A stretch of 64,000 nucleotides of DNA from Amoebophrya sp. A120 (taxonomy: Eukaryota > Protista > Dinoflagellata), in assembly GCA_905178155.1 (NCBI GenBank), contig CAJINV010000002.1, positions 8,079,224 through 8,143,223 on the forward strand. Reading direction: 5' to 3'. Made by a program: the position numbers and the translations under genes. The notes under the pieces are model-generated. The model searched no databases and had not been told where the DNA came from. It saw nothing but the letters and a program-made list of their open reading frames with translations. How positions within the stretch are numbered: the first letter of the stretch is position 1; each line of letters opens with the position of its first letter. Below, piece by piece: positions 1-9,961 of this stretch.

Positions 1-2
1 CG

Positions 3-3000
3 GAAAACAGCAACGTGGAGCAAGCGAGCAGCAACATCGTGGCGCAGCTCGGGCCGGTCCTGAGTTTGGCGCACGCCGCGGTCATCGAGGTGAGCTGCGG
101 GATCAGCCACTCTCTGGCGCTCGACAGCAGCGGGATCGCCTATTTTTTCGGCGACATGATGGCGGCGCCGGCCGTGGCGGCGCAGCAGGGAAGTGGAGTG
201 GTAAAGATTTTTTCCCCGGTCGTCGGCACAAAATCAGCCCACTCGACGTCTTCACCACCCGGGGCGGGTGGGAGGAACTTCAAGAGTGGACCGCAAGAAC
301 ATAAGGCCAGCAGCCCGCTGATGCTGAAAGATGCAGCTTCTCCGAAGAAGATGAAAGGGGGTCGCGCAGCAGTTCGTGCGGGTGGAGCAGGCGGAATTAT
401 GAGGGGAAAAAGTACTAGCCCGCCGGCCGAGCATGATCGTCCGACAAGAAGATCACAGCAGGATCATATGACCAACCCGCTGTTGACCACGAAGGCGGAT
501 GAAACATGGAGGAGTTCGCCAACGTCGCGAGCAACAAATCTTGACAAAAATGGCACGAGCAGTAAAACAAGCAGATCAAAATCTGCAAGCAAGCAAAAAG
601 ACCCGGCTGTCCACCCGAGGAAGCCCTTGCAGTCGTGGTCCAAAGTGTCGCAGGCGCAGCCGATTCAGGGCCTTGGGCCCGAGGCGCTGGTCCGCCGGGT
701 TGCCTGCGGCGGGCAAAGCTGCGCCTTGATTGTGCAGCAGGCGAACACGAATGAGACCGCGCTCTTCACATGGGGAAAGGGGAGCTCCGGGATCTTGGGG
801 CACGGAAATTACGACGACGTGTTCGTGCCGAGGCGGGTGCAGCTGAATCATCTGGCGAGCAAGACAAGCGTGACATCATCCAACGGTGGTAGCTTTTCCG
901 GAATGAGTCATGGAACGACGGCGCACCAGAAGACGTGTTCTAAGCAGAAGTCTGGTTCAAAATCGAAATTGCACGCAGGAGGAGCTGCTGCACCTTCAAC
1001 GACGATTCCAGGCGAACAAAAACAACAAGCAGGGCGACAGGAAATTATTACACCGGCTGCTCAACACATCAACTTCTCGGTGTCTCAAGTGGCGTGCGGT
1101 CGCGCGCACATGCTGGTATCTGTGATGGGAAGCAGGACCACTAGCATCACGACAAACGGCAGTAGTGATGGCGGGGTTCATCTTCGTGTTGCGACGAGTG
1201 CTGAACAACTACAGCCTGGATCATTTGAGCAGGATAGCAGTTTTGTGCTTTCCTGCGGGCATCCGGACGACGGACGGTTGGGGCGGAGTAGCGGAAAATC
1301 CAACCTGCTGCTGCCTATGGATTGCAAATATGTCTGGGTCTGGAAGATTCCAACACTTGTCATGCAGTTTTTCCAAGCTCCGCCAAGGCTGGAATGCAGG
1401 ACATAGCATCACAGGTTCTGCAGCTCCTTGGTGATGCCTATTCTGCATGAGAAATGCCCTCTCAGCATGGCCAGAAATGGGGACCTTTTGCAAGTCGCAC
1501 AGCACAGATTTTTGTATGATCCGCAACACGCATGATAAGTTCGCATTCTTCCAGACCCAGACATTTTTGCAGTTGATACTGCCGATCGAAGAGCCAATCA
1601 AGAGTAGCAGCAGTTGTCAGGAAGGGAACAATGGTAAAGATCGTGATCATGATCTTCATAGGGCGGGTGGAACAAAGGTAACGAAAACTACTACTTCATC
1701 TGCAGACGACGATGGTGATCTGCTTATCGACGTGGAGCAAGCCGGGGGAAATCAAGATCATGTCCACTTTGGTGGCAGGCGGGCGAAAGAAATGAATAAA
1801 CAGCAAGTAGTGTTGAAACGGCAAGAGCCCCCGTCGTCTCAGACGATCTTCGCCCGCTACCTGGCCACCGGGGGCGCGCACAGTGGCTTCATCGAGAAGT
1901 CCCTTTCCGTGTACACGTGGGGGTGCAACCGGTTCGGCCAGCTGGGGCTCGGGTACGCGGGCGGTTTTTACCAGGAGAAGCCGCGGAAGGTGCGGTTCTT
2001 CGACGGCAAGGGCGTCTGCAGCCTGTCGCTCGGGGAGCGGCACTCCTGCGCGCTGACTTTGTACGGGCTGGTGTACGCGTTCGGCGCGAACGACAAGGAG
2101 CAGCTGTTTGGCGGGGTGATGTCCACCGCCGGTGCGCCGGGAAGTTGTGCTGGTGCGGCGACCACGCCGAAAGAGCAGTTTGTATGAATTGTAAAAGTAT
2201 CGTACTCGTATAAATGCATTACAAATTTCCTCACCATGAGAAATAAAATTTGTAATGCGGATTTGCCTTAAGAACAAGATTTGTAATGCATCATTGCAAT
2301 ACGAGTACGGTGCTTTTGCATTGCATAGTTTGGTGTGGTGTACAACCTGCCGCACCTGGTCCAGCCTCTGATCACCCGTATCAAATGTAAAAATGTCTGG
2401 GTCTGGAAGGGTGGAACTTGTGATGCTGTCTCTGGATTCTATAAAAAATTTGCATTGCATGACCAGCAACAGAACTCCAGTTTGTGCTACCCGGAGAGGG
2501 CATTTATCATGCGGTAGAGGCATCACAAAGGCCTCTAAAAATCTGTCATGCTAGAGCATGCACCACAGACATCATGAGTCTTTCAAAATATGCATGACAA
2601 ACCTGGCAAGCTTCCAGACCCAGACATTTTTACACTTGATCACCCGCCCGGTGTTGCAAGTGGCCTGCGGGGAGCAGCACACCTTCGTGCTGTCCGGGCC
2701 GCGGTACCAGGCCCAGTCGCTGGCGAAGCTGAAGTATCGTAAGGAAAAATCCCCCCTCCCCATATCGAAAACGTATCCGTCTGAAAATTTGTGATGCGCA
2801 TTTGCGACCTCAAATCCTGTCTGTCTTGCAAGAAGGCAAGTCCAGAAAGCGTTCCGCATTTTGCAGGCGGTTTGTGATGCTGTTTGGCTTAGAGCATACA
2901 CGTTTGCCATGCTAGGCGCCTACGTCAAAACCTCTCGACTGAGGCTTGCCATATGCCTGCATTCCTCTATTGCAAGACAAATCTGATTTGTGTATGGAAA

Positions 3001-3925
3001 TCCAGCATCAGAGCCTTCCTTCGTTTCGATATGGGGAGGGGGGATTTTTCCCTGCAATATGAAGGAGTGGGCGTCGTTCTTGCTGAAGAAAGACGAGGTG
3101 AAGCGGTCGCAGTGCGAGCGAATATTCGAAGCAGAGCTGCGGAAGGAGACCCTGGAAAACAAAACCGGCGGGGAGTTGAGTGCTGCGTTGGGGGAGAATA
3201 ATTCCAAAATGTTGAATCACTGCGGTGCAGGCGGCACTACCGCTGTAGGCGGAACGAGCGAGCAAACAAGCAGAAAACGCCCGATGACGGGAGAGCAGGT
3301 ACGGATGGATGGAAAAAAGTTTGCGTCTGCAGCAGCAAAGTCGGACGCTTCCTGGCGTGGAAGTGCCGGCGGGAAGAAGGGCAGCGATGCGCGCTTTCAT
3401 CTACCTGTCCAGCGTAAGAAGACCCGAGCGCGAGTTGGAAAATCTCAGAACGCCGAGAGGAATCCGGATTCGGAAATTTTTGGCGTGGATTTCGAAAGCA
3501 GAAATTCACTTGGTCGCGCATGTGCGGCAAAATCAACAGCATCGAAGAACACGGGCTGCAAAGGTCTCGACGGAGCGATTGAAAAGATCGCAGCCACGAA
3601 AAAACAAGGCGACGGTGAGAAAGACGAAAGCCCGTCGGAAAATATGAACTCTCTAGTAACTGCAAAAGTTGTAAACGAGATATGGCTGGAAAAGCGGCAA
3701 AATTATTTTTCTTTCTCGACAAGGGCAGGTCGTGGTAATATGACGAATGCTGGAAATCAGTCTGAAAGTGGCAGTAAATGCCGCGGTAGTACTAGCGCAG
3801 TCTATGTCCCGGCACTTGATGTAACTGTTTTTCCAAAATTTGGACTCAAGGAGGAACAGGAAGAGATGATGACAAAAAATCCAGAAGCATCCTCGTTTGT
3901 TACCTGGCGGCACTTGCTGCGTTGA
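3..3925 (+). CDS. RCC1-repeat protein, 5' partial. Exons <3-1315, 1584-2182, 2333-2378, 2647-2734, 3065-3925, split by four introners
   Basis: RCC1 repeats VIEVSCGISHSLAL, LFTWGKGSSGILGHG, VYTWGCNRFGQLGLG, SLGERHSCALT, VLQVACGEQHTFVL. Joined junctions read LLLPIEEP, EQFGVVYNL, LITRPVLQV, AKLKEWASF in one frame. Confidence 0.85.
1316..1578. mobile_element. Introner E1 (TIR family A), non-canonical intron, 263 bp
   Basis: DR CTGCC at 1311-1315 and 1579-1583. TIR TGCAAATATGTCTGGGTCTGGAAG / CTTCCAGACCCAGACATTTTTGCA. Excision restores the frame. Confidence 0.92.
2183..2327. mobile_element. Introner E2 (family B), 145 bp
   Basis: DR GTTTG at 2178-2182 and 2328-2332. TIR TATGAATTGTAAAAGTATCGTACTCGTAT / ATACGAGTACGGTGCTTTTGCATTGCATA. 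Excision restores the frame. Confidence 0.92.
2379..2641. mobile_element. Introner E3 (family A, inverted relative to E1/E9), 263 bp
   Basis: DR ACCCG at 2374-2378 and 2642-2646. Family A TIRs. Excision rebuilds an RCC1 repeat (TRPVLQVACGEQH). Confidence 0.92.
2735..3059. mobile_element. Introner E4 (family C), 325 bp
   Basis: DR TGAAG at 2730-2734 and 3060-3064. TIR core GGAAAAATCCCCCCTCCCCATATCGAAA / TTTCGATATGGGGAGGGGGGATTTTTCC. Excision restores the frame. Confidence 0.92.
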
Positions 3926-4721
3926 CTGAATTGTACGCGAGTACGACTCGGATGCGTTCGGCGGCTTAGTAGATTTTGTAGAAGAACAGAAGTCTATCCA
4001 AGTAAAATCTCTTCAACTTCGCATGGTCGTATCATTCCGTGAAATTTCCGAAGTTCATGTTGTCCTCGTCGGAATCGGCGCTATTGTTTATGCAGCGAAT
4101 TGCTCAGAGTCAGACTCAGATCGGTTTCGGACTCACGAAAGATTTTTGCATGTACAAGAGGATCCAGCAAATTGAAATTTCTAGATCACGTCGCTATTGA
4201 TAATCCGGTTGATATCGTTCCATTGTCAAATCGAAATTTTTCCTGTTCCATCGAGTCGGTGAAAATTCTCTGCAGCTCGGGATGAAAATCATGATCCCCG
4301 ATCGTCGTGAAAAATAAAAACAGAGGAAAAAAATGGAAGATCGCCTTGATTTTTCGGTTGTTAATTTCGGTATCCTTCGGGCTCGTTATTATTGCCAATC
4401 CACAAAATTATCGTGCCTGCGTGTGCGCTTTTTGTTAAAAGTCAATACTCAGCAATGGCCAGAATGGATGAAGTCTCTCTCCTTATCGATTTCGTCTTGC
4501 AGGACGTTTGGACAATGATGCAATTTTTTCGAGTTTATTGCTACCTCGCCTAGTTCGTCGTACCCCGTATCTGCGTTTTTTATGCCCCTCTTCGTTGCGT
4601 TAGCGTTTATTTCCTATCATTTTGAGCGTTGAAATACTTAACAACACCCCCAACCTGATACTGATTTCAACCTGCAGCGAAAGTCGCACAAAAATACCGG
4701 CAAACCGAAAACACTTACACT

Positions 4722-6803
4722 ATGTCTGTGTTACAAGAACCAGAAGCAGAACAAAACTGCACCGAACCAAATCAGCGAAGAAGTTCGCTTCGGAGGTTCT
4801 TTTTCCCTGCTGCTTTATGTCCTCCAGCAGCAGAAAATAAGAACAACGATGCTCATGCCGCCCTGCGAAGAATGCAGGCTCACAGCGCGACAGCAGGTTC
4901 TCCTGGAAGCAGTGACGGGTTGCTGGCTGTCGAAAAATTGTGTCTCTACACGAAGATCTTTTTCGGCTTCTCCGATGACGAAATCCTCGTTCCGGATGCG
5001 GACAGTGCCGCGTATTCGCTGAAGATCACTTCAAAAGAGCTGAAATTGAACATCGCGAAATACCTGAATGCGCGGAACGGGGCCGAAGACGTGATCCATT
5101 TCGAGCGCGTGAATTTGCTCCTCGGCGAGGATCTGCTGGATGAGGAGAAGCTGGTGGAAGAAAAAAAGCCTGAGGGAGGTGGTTTCTTGCCGCTTGAAGT
5201 CGTCGCAGGGTATGATCCGGAGACCAGAGAATTGCAGTTGGTGCGAAGGATCATAAACAAACCAGCGCCTACTTCTAGAGGCGGAGGTGGACCACGACCT
5301 CGCCAAGGGCGTCTTTTGTGTCGTGGCTCCTGGATGATGAACAACGAGGAGAAGCAAGCTGAGGTTACTTGTTGCGCCACGACGAAGACACGACCGGAGG
5401 TGGACCACTGCGCGGGCGGTTCTGGCGATGGTTGTGTGAAGCGGCGTCCGATGGAACGAAATGTAGGCCGCAAGAGCTCCCCTGCAGAGAAGATTCTGGC
5501 ACGGCCTTCCGGAGTAGACGAAGAAGGTCCTCTTTGCCACGACAGGGGAAGTTCTTTTTCTTTCAAGTTATCCAAGCCTGGGCTGGTTAGCGAGTCATCT
5601 AGTACAGCGGCAACGGTCTCCTGTCCAGAGGAAGAAGAGCAGGAAGATATGGAAGAACTAATTTCCTCCGCGAGTGAAGGCGAGAAGGGGGAAGATATGC
5701 TTGGTTTTCGCTTCACGATTCGAGCGCCCGAAACCGAAGAGCTGGTGACCAAAACGATCAGAGTTCCCTCGTATAAAAATTTCTCCGAAGAAGTAGAGAG
5801 GACAAGAGCCCACACGCGGATCGAGAAAAGAACTGCGACGAAGCACTGCTACACGGGCAACTTTTCGCTGGACTACCAGGACTTTTACAAGATTAGCGGG
5901 AAAATCAGCCTGCACGAGTTCCGGCTGCAGGAATTGGGAAAATATTTCCGGTCCTGCGAAAACAAAGAGAATCAAAGCGCGAAAAAGTCTTTCGTGGATG
6001 CATTGGATGATTTAACCGAAACCAGTGCACCAGAAGAAATTGAGCGCAGCGCTCTGAATACCGAAGCGGACGGAGAGGATTCTTCTAGTGGCTCTTGCGG
6101 AAATAATCTAAAAAAGCCGGTTGGAGGTGTTCATCGACACCTTGATGCTCATCTTTCCGCAGCAGGAGCGATTTGTTCCGTCTCTGCTGTCCGGGAGAAG
6201 ATCGCCTTCAACGAGAAGGACTGGCTAAGTGCGCAGGCGCTGCGGATTCACACAACAATAACCAACAAGGAGGACCAGCCCGCTTGCACACTTGCGGCAG
6301 AGCAGGGGAACAAGACAGAAGTCCAGTTCTTGCAACAAGACCACGACGTGCACCCTTATGAAATCGATCTGCGGTGCTACCGCGGCACGGTGATTGGGTG
6401 GCGGGCACAGGACCTGGCCGAGCTGCAGCAGTTTGGGAAGCAGGGAAGGGCGCACTTGAACTCCGTTGTGGTGGTGGAAAACACGCTGAGTCTCTTTCTG
6501 GTGCCCGGGTGGACCGACTTTGGTGTGGGTGTGGCTCGTGAGAAGTTGTCCGGAAGCATGAAAAGTGGAGCTTCAGCATCCACGTCGCGGCTGCTGCACC
6601 CGATCTGCTTCGTGCTCGAGTTCGCCACGCATGCCGACGCTGTGGACTTCAAGCAGCGGGGAGTGCCGAATTTGACGCGGCTAGCCGAGAACAACGGCTG
6701 CAAAGACGAGGTTTTCGCGACCTGGGCCGAGTTCTTGGAAATGGGGAACCGGATTGGCGTAAAGTTGGAGCAACGCGGACTTGCGGGCGTGGCGGGGGCG
6801 TAG
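4722..6803 (+). CDS. Hypothetical protein, 693 aa, apparently intronless
   Basis: Long ATG-initiated ORF with globular-looking segments separated by low-complexity linkers. No family recognised. Confidence 0.7.
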   Translation: MSVLQEPEAEQNCTEPNQRRSSLRRFFFPAALCPPAAENKNNDAHAALRRMQAHSATAGSPGSSDGLLAVEKLCLYTKIFFGFSDDEILVPDADSAAYSLKITSKELKLNIAKYLNARNGAEDVIHFERVNLLLGEDLLDEEKLVEEKKPEGGGFLPLEVVAGYDPETRELQLVRRIINKPAPTSRGGGGPRPRQGRLLCRGSWMMNNEEKQAEVTCCATTKTRPEVDHCAGGSGDGCVKRRPMERNVGRKSSPAEKILARPSGVDEEGPLCHDRGSSFSFKLSKPGLVSESSSTAATVSCPEEEEQEDMEELISSASEGEKGEDMLGFRFTIRAPETEELVTKTIRVPSYKNFSEEVERTRAHTRIEKRTATKHCYTGNFSLDYQDFYKISGKISLHEFRLQELGKYFRSCENKENQSAKKSFVDALDDLTETSAPEEIERSALNTEADGEDSSSGSCGNNLKKPVGGVHRHLDAHLSAAGAICSVSAVREKIAFNEKDWLSAQALRIHTTITNKEDQPACTLAAEQGNKTEVQFLQQDHDVHPYEIDLRCYRGTVIGWRAQDLAELQQFGKQGRAHLNSVVVVENTLSLFLVPGWTDFGVGVAREKLSGSMKSGASASTSRLLHPICFVLEFATHADAVDFKQRGVPNLTRLAENNGCKDEVFATWAEFLEMGNRIGVKLEQRGLAGVAGA

Positions 6804-7998
6804 CGGTAAGGTCCGTGATCATGACGGAATTGCGTAACTGCAGGCTGGAGGCCCCTCGGCGCATCGACATCGGAAGATCGAGGAGCTTCGGTGGTGGAGA
6901 GATTTGTCGAGAGGGACTAGTAGCACCGCAGAGAAACGAGGATGCTCAGCTCGTGCGCAGCGAGCAAGAGCTGTCTGAATTTAGTACGTACATAGGAAAA
7001 CTGCGGAAGCAGCCAGCCGCATTTGCATTGCAAGAATGAGTTATACCACGACAGAAACGAAATTTCTATCCAGTCGCGCACAAACGAAAAGGCGCTGGAT
7101 TTCCCCATTCCTGCAGTGACATGAAGATGTTGAAGAAGAAGATATCGGGATTTTCGTGCTGCGGCTACTTACGCATAGTATCGTTGCAGGACACCACGGT
7201 CATGGTGAGTCGTGTCCGAGAAGAAAGATGCTGTTCGTGTCTGGATCGATATCTCAGATGTAGGAGCACCAGCATCAAACACATCATCGATCATGCTGCT
7301 CGAAGAAAGAAAGACTGATCCGATCGGCAAAAAAAAAAGTAAGAGCAAGAGATGTCTATAGAAAAGTCAGGGCTCAAGCTACGGCGTTCCATGTTGTACA
7401 ATGCAGACCGTAATGAAAATCAGAATGAAGATCCCGAGCTGAAGATCAGAGAGCTTTTTGTCCTTTTCATTCTGTCGGTTGAGAAGGCACGTCATTTTGC
7501 GCATGCCGAGAGACAATCAAAGATATCATGGCGCAGTTGCCTTGCTATCGATTTGGTCAGTAAGCGGCCATAGTCGGAAGAAGTTCTCGAGCCCGCGAAA
7601 TCGAAGAAGATCACTGCTTTGAAAATGAAACGCGGATCCAGTATAGGCATTTCCATGGGATACACAAATAGCGCCTGGTCGGTCTTTGTCGGCAAAGTAG
7701 AAACCGCTGTTGTAATGTGGGTGCTTGTGAGGCTGCATCTGAATTACAATTACTACAGTCCCGAGGGTGCCACGCAGCGAAGTAGCGACATTTCTACTGA
7801 AGATGGCATCGGAAACGAATACAGAAAAAACAGGGACGAGACAGTTTTTACTTTTCGCTTTGAGTAAAGAACGAAAACCTATTTTGAATCAGTACCAACT
7901 CTGTAATGTGAAGAATTTTCATACGGAAGAACTTCCAAAAAGTTTGTTACGAAATCAAAATCATTTTTTATCGCCACGAAGGAGAAGAGGAACGCAAG

Positions 7999-8628
7999 AT
8001 GTGGATGTCCCGTTTTTGTGTCGTGCTTGTCCTGGTTTTTCGCCTTGTTTTTGCCTCCCGTAGCACCAACTCGTCGCCGAGCCCCGCCGACGAGCTGCTA
8101 GAGGAGTTACGGTCGTATCCACGTGCTATCGAGATCGAAGATAGAAGCGATGACACGCATCGGCCATTGGGCGATATTGATGCAGACGTGGAGTCTCAAG
8201 CTCAACGGACCGTCCACCTGCAGGGTGCACCCGCGGAAATGAATCGAGACCTCACCGCCCTCTATAGGTGCGGAACACGATTGTTCAACCGCTGCCTGCG
8301 GGGCGGCAGAGGTCAGCAGACTGGCTTCAGCTGGGAGAACGGCTACATGCGGACGCTGTGGACGCTCTTGGGCCGGACGGTATCGAATTCTCAGGGAACA
8401 AACGACCGCTCCAGACTCGTCGCGGAAATAAAACAACTCCGAGAGCATGTAAAGAGAGAAAATGCAGCAGTGAAGAAAGAGCTGGACGAGCAAAAGGATA
8501 TGAGGGGCTATGATAATCTTGTGACCCGTGGAAGGTTGGAAGTGAAGGTCAGGCGTCTGAATCAGTTATGGCACTTTCTATGGTGCGATATGGTGAAGCA
8601 GATCGAGAACGGATCGCGATTGCCGTGA
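7999..8628 (+). CDS. Hypothetical secreted protein, 209 aa
   Basis: ORF with hydrophobic N-terminus (FCVVLVLVFRLVFA) and a C-terminal coiled-coil-like segment. Confidence 0.6.
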   Translation: MWMSRFCVVLVLVFRLVFASRSTNSSPSPADELLEELRSYPRAIEIEDRSDDTHRPLGDIDADVESQAQRTVHLQGAPAEMNRDLTALYRCGTRLFNRCLRGGRGQQTGFSWENGYMRTLWTLLGRTVSNSQGTNDRSRLVAEIKQLREHVKRENAAVKKELDEQKDMRGYDNLVTRGRLEVKVRRLNQLWHFLWCDMVKQIENGSRLP

Positions 8629-9961
8629 AGTCGCAAGTCAAGCCTTTGGTGAAGTGGCAATTCTTATCAGCATCCTTTTTCGGGGCCGTCTATATCTAAC
8701 TGGGTGACACTGGCAGAACCGTTGAGTTAAGTACTTACAAGACGAGTACTCCATCCACCTGGGACATAATTTTGTGATGAAGTAGGGTGGCACCAGGAGA
8801 GCAGTCACTTAACTTTTTGTTTCTCTGACATGGCGGAGGTGCGTCGTGACAACACTTCAGAGGTGCGACAAAGAGAACGTGGAGTAATATCTAGGTCCAC
8901 GCGCACTTGGTAGTATCTTTCATGTATGATTTTTCATGTTTCCGCAGTATGTAACCCTCGTGCTGAGACGCGGGCAGCATTTTCTACCACAATTAAGACT
9001 TTCGACACGAGTAAGCACATCTAACAGCATGGTAAATGTCGGAATTACTTGTACGGACATCAAGCCCTGTCGTGTGGGTATGGAGCAAGTGCTAGCGCAA
9101 CAAAGCAAGTTTGTAGCTCCCTTTGCTTCATGTTAAGGGCACGTACTTATTTGCGTAGATGCCGAACTGCTCTGCAACAGAGTTCCTCAGCGAAACAAAT
9201 GACCATGAGTGGCATAAAAATGAAGTTCCGCGGATCATGGAGCCTCTGAGCCCTTGGCATAACGTTTTTAGTACCTTCTCAAGACGTTCTGTGTTCAACG
9301 CATCTGGACAAGCGACCACGTTGCCCCAAAGTGGAAATTTGCAACTAAGCGCGATTTATTTTTACGCTCTCTGAGGACAAAGACACTTGATTCAGCTCGT
9401 CGGCCACTGGTGCAAAATGAGATCGCTCAAGGATTTCTAGAAGCTTCGTGAAGTCGTAGGGTCGAAGGAGCTTTTATCTCGTTTGAAGTCGTGAAAAATA
9501 GAAGACTCGTTTATTGTGCTCGTTTCCAAGAAAGAAGAACACCCACACTGTCGTGCGTCGTGCAGAAAATTGCGCTTTCGCAGAAAGAAGTCGTCCACCT
9601 CGTTGTCGTGCACTCGTTATGAATTCTCGTACCGTTTACATACTGGAATCGCTAGGGAAATTATTGATATTGACATCGAGAAGGCATCGTTTTCACCTCG
9701 TCACACGGGCATTCCCGCCGCACGCCGACTTTATCGTTTATTGTAATATGTTTATTCTGCGCCTCTATCCAGATCCAACATTAAACCAGTGAGCAGCTAG
9801 AGCACTTTTTCTTCTGGTGTATTTGTTCCCGTGGTTCAACACCACACCAGCGGTAAGGAAAATCTACGGCTATTTTTGCCAGAAAAACCCTACGAGTACG
9901 ACCGTTTCGGTCTTGGACAGTAAACTTGTTTTTTTCTAGTGATAGAAGATAAACACAAGCC

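Noticed and set aside
1323-1346. Recurrent peptides in the ORF track ([31 protein letters not shown]) as a repeated protein domain
   Set aside because: They are translations of introner TIRs read through from exons, not real protein sequence.
1316-3059. Repeats with spacers resembling a CRISPR array
   Set aside because: The repeats are inverted pairs bounding 145-325 bp elements with 5-bp DRs in a eukaryotic gene. Spacing is irregular and there are no cas genes.
4946-5815. Long minus-strand ORFs (4946-5815, 9890-10672, 41492-42181, 47189-48055 and others)
   Set aside because: They are antisense shadows of + strand coding regions with no independent protein features.
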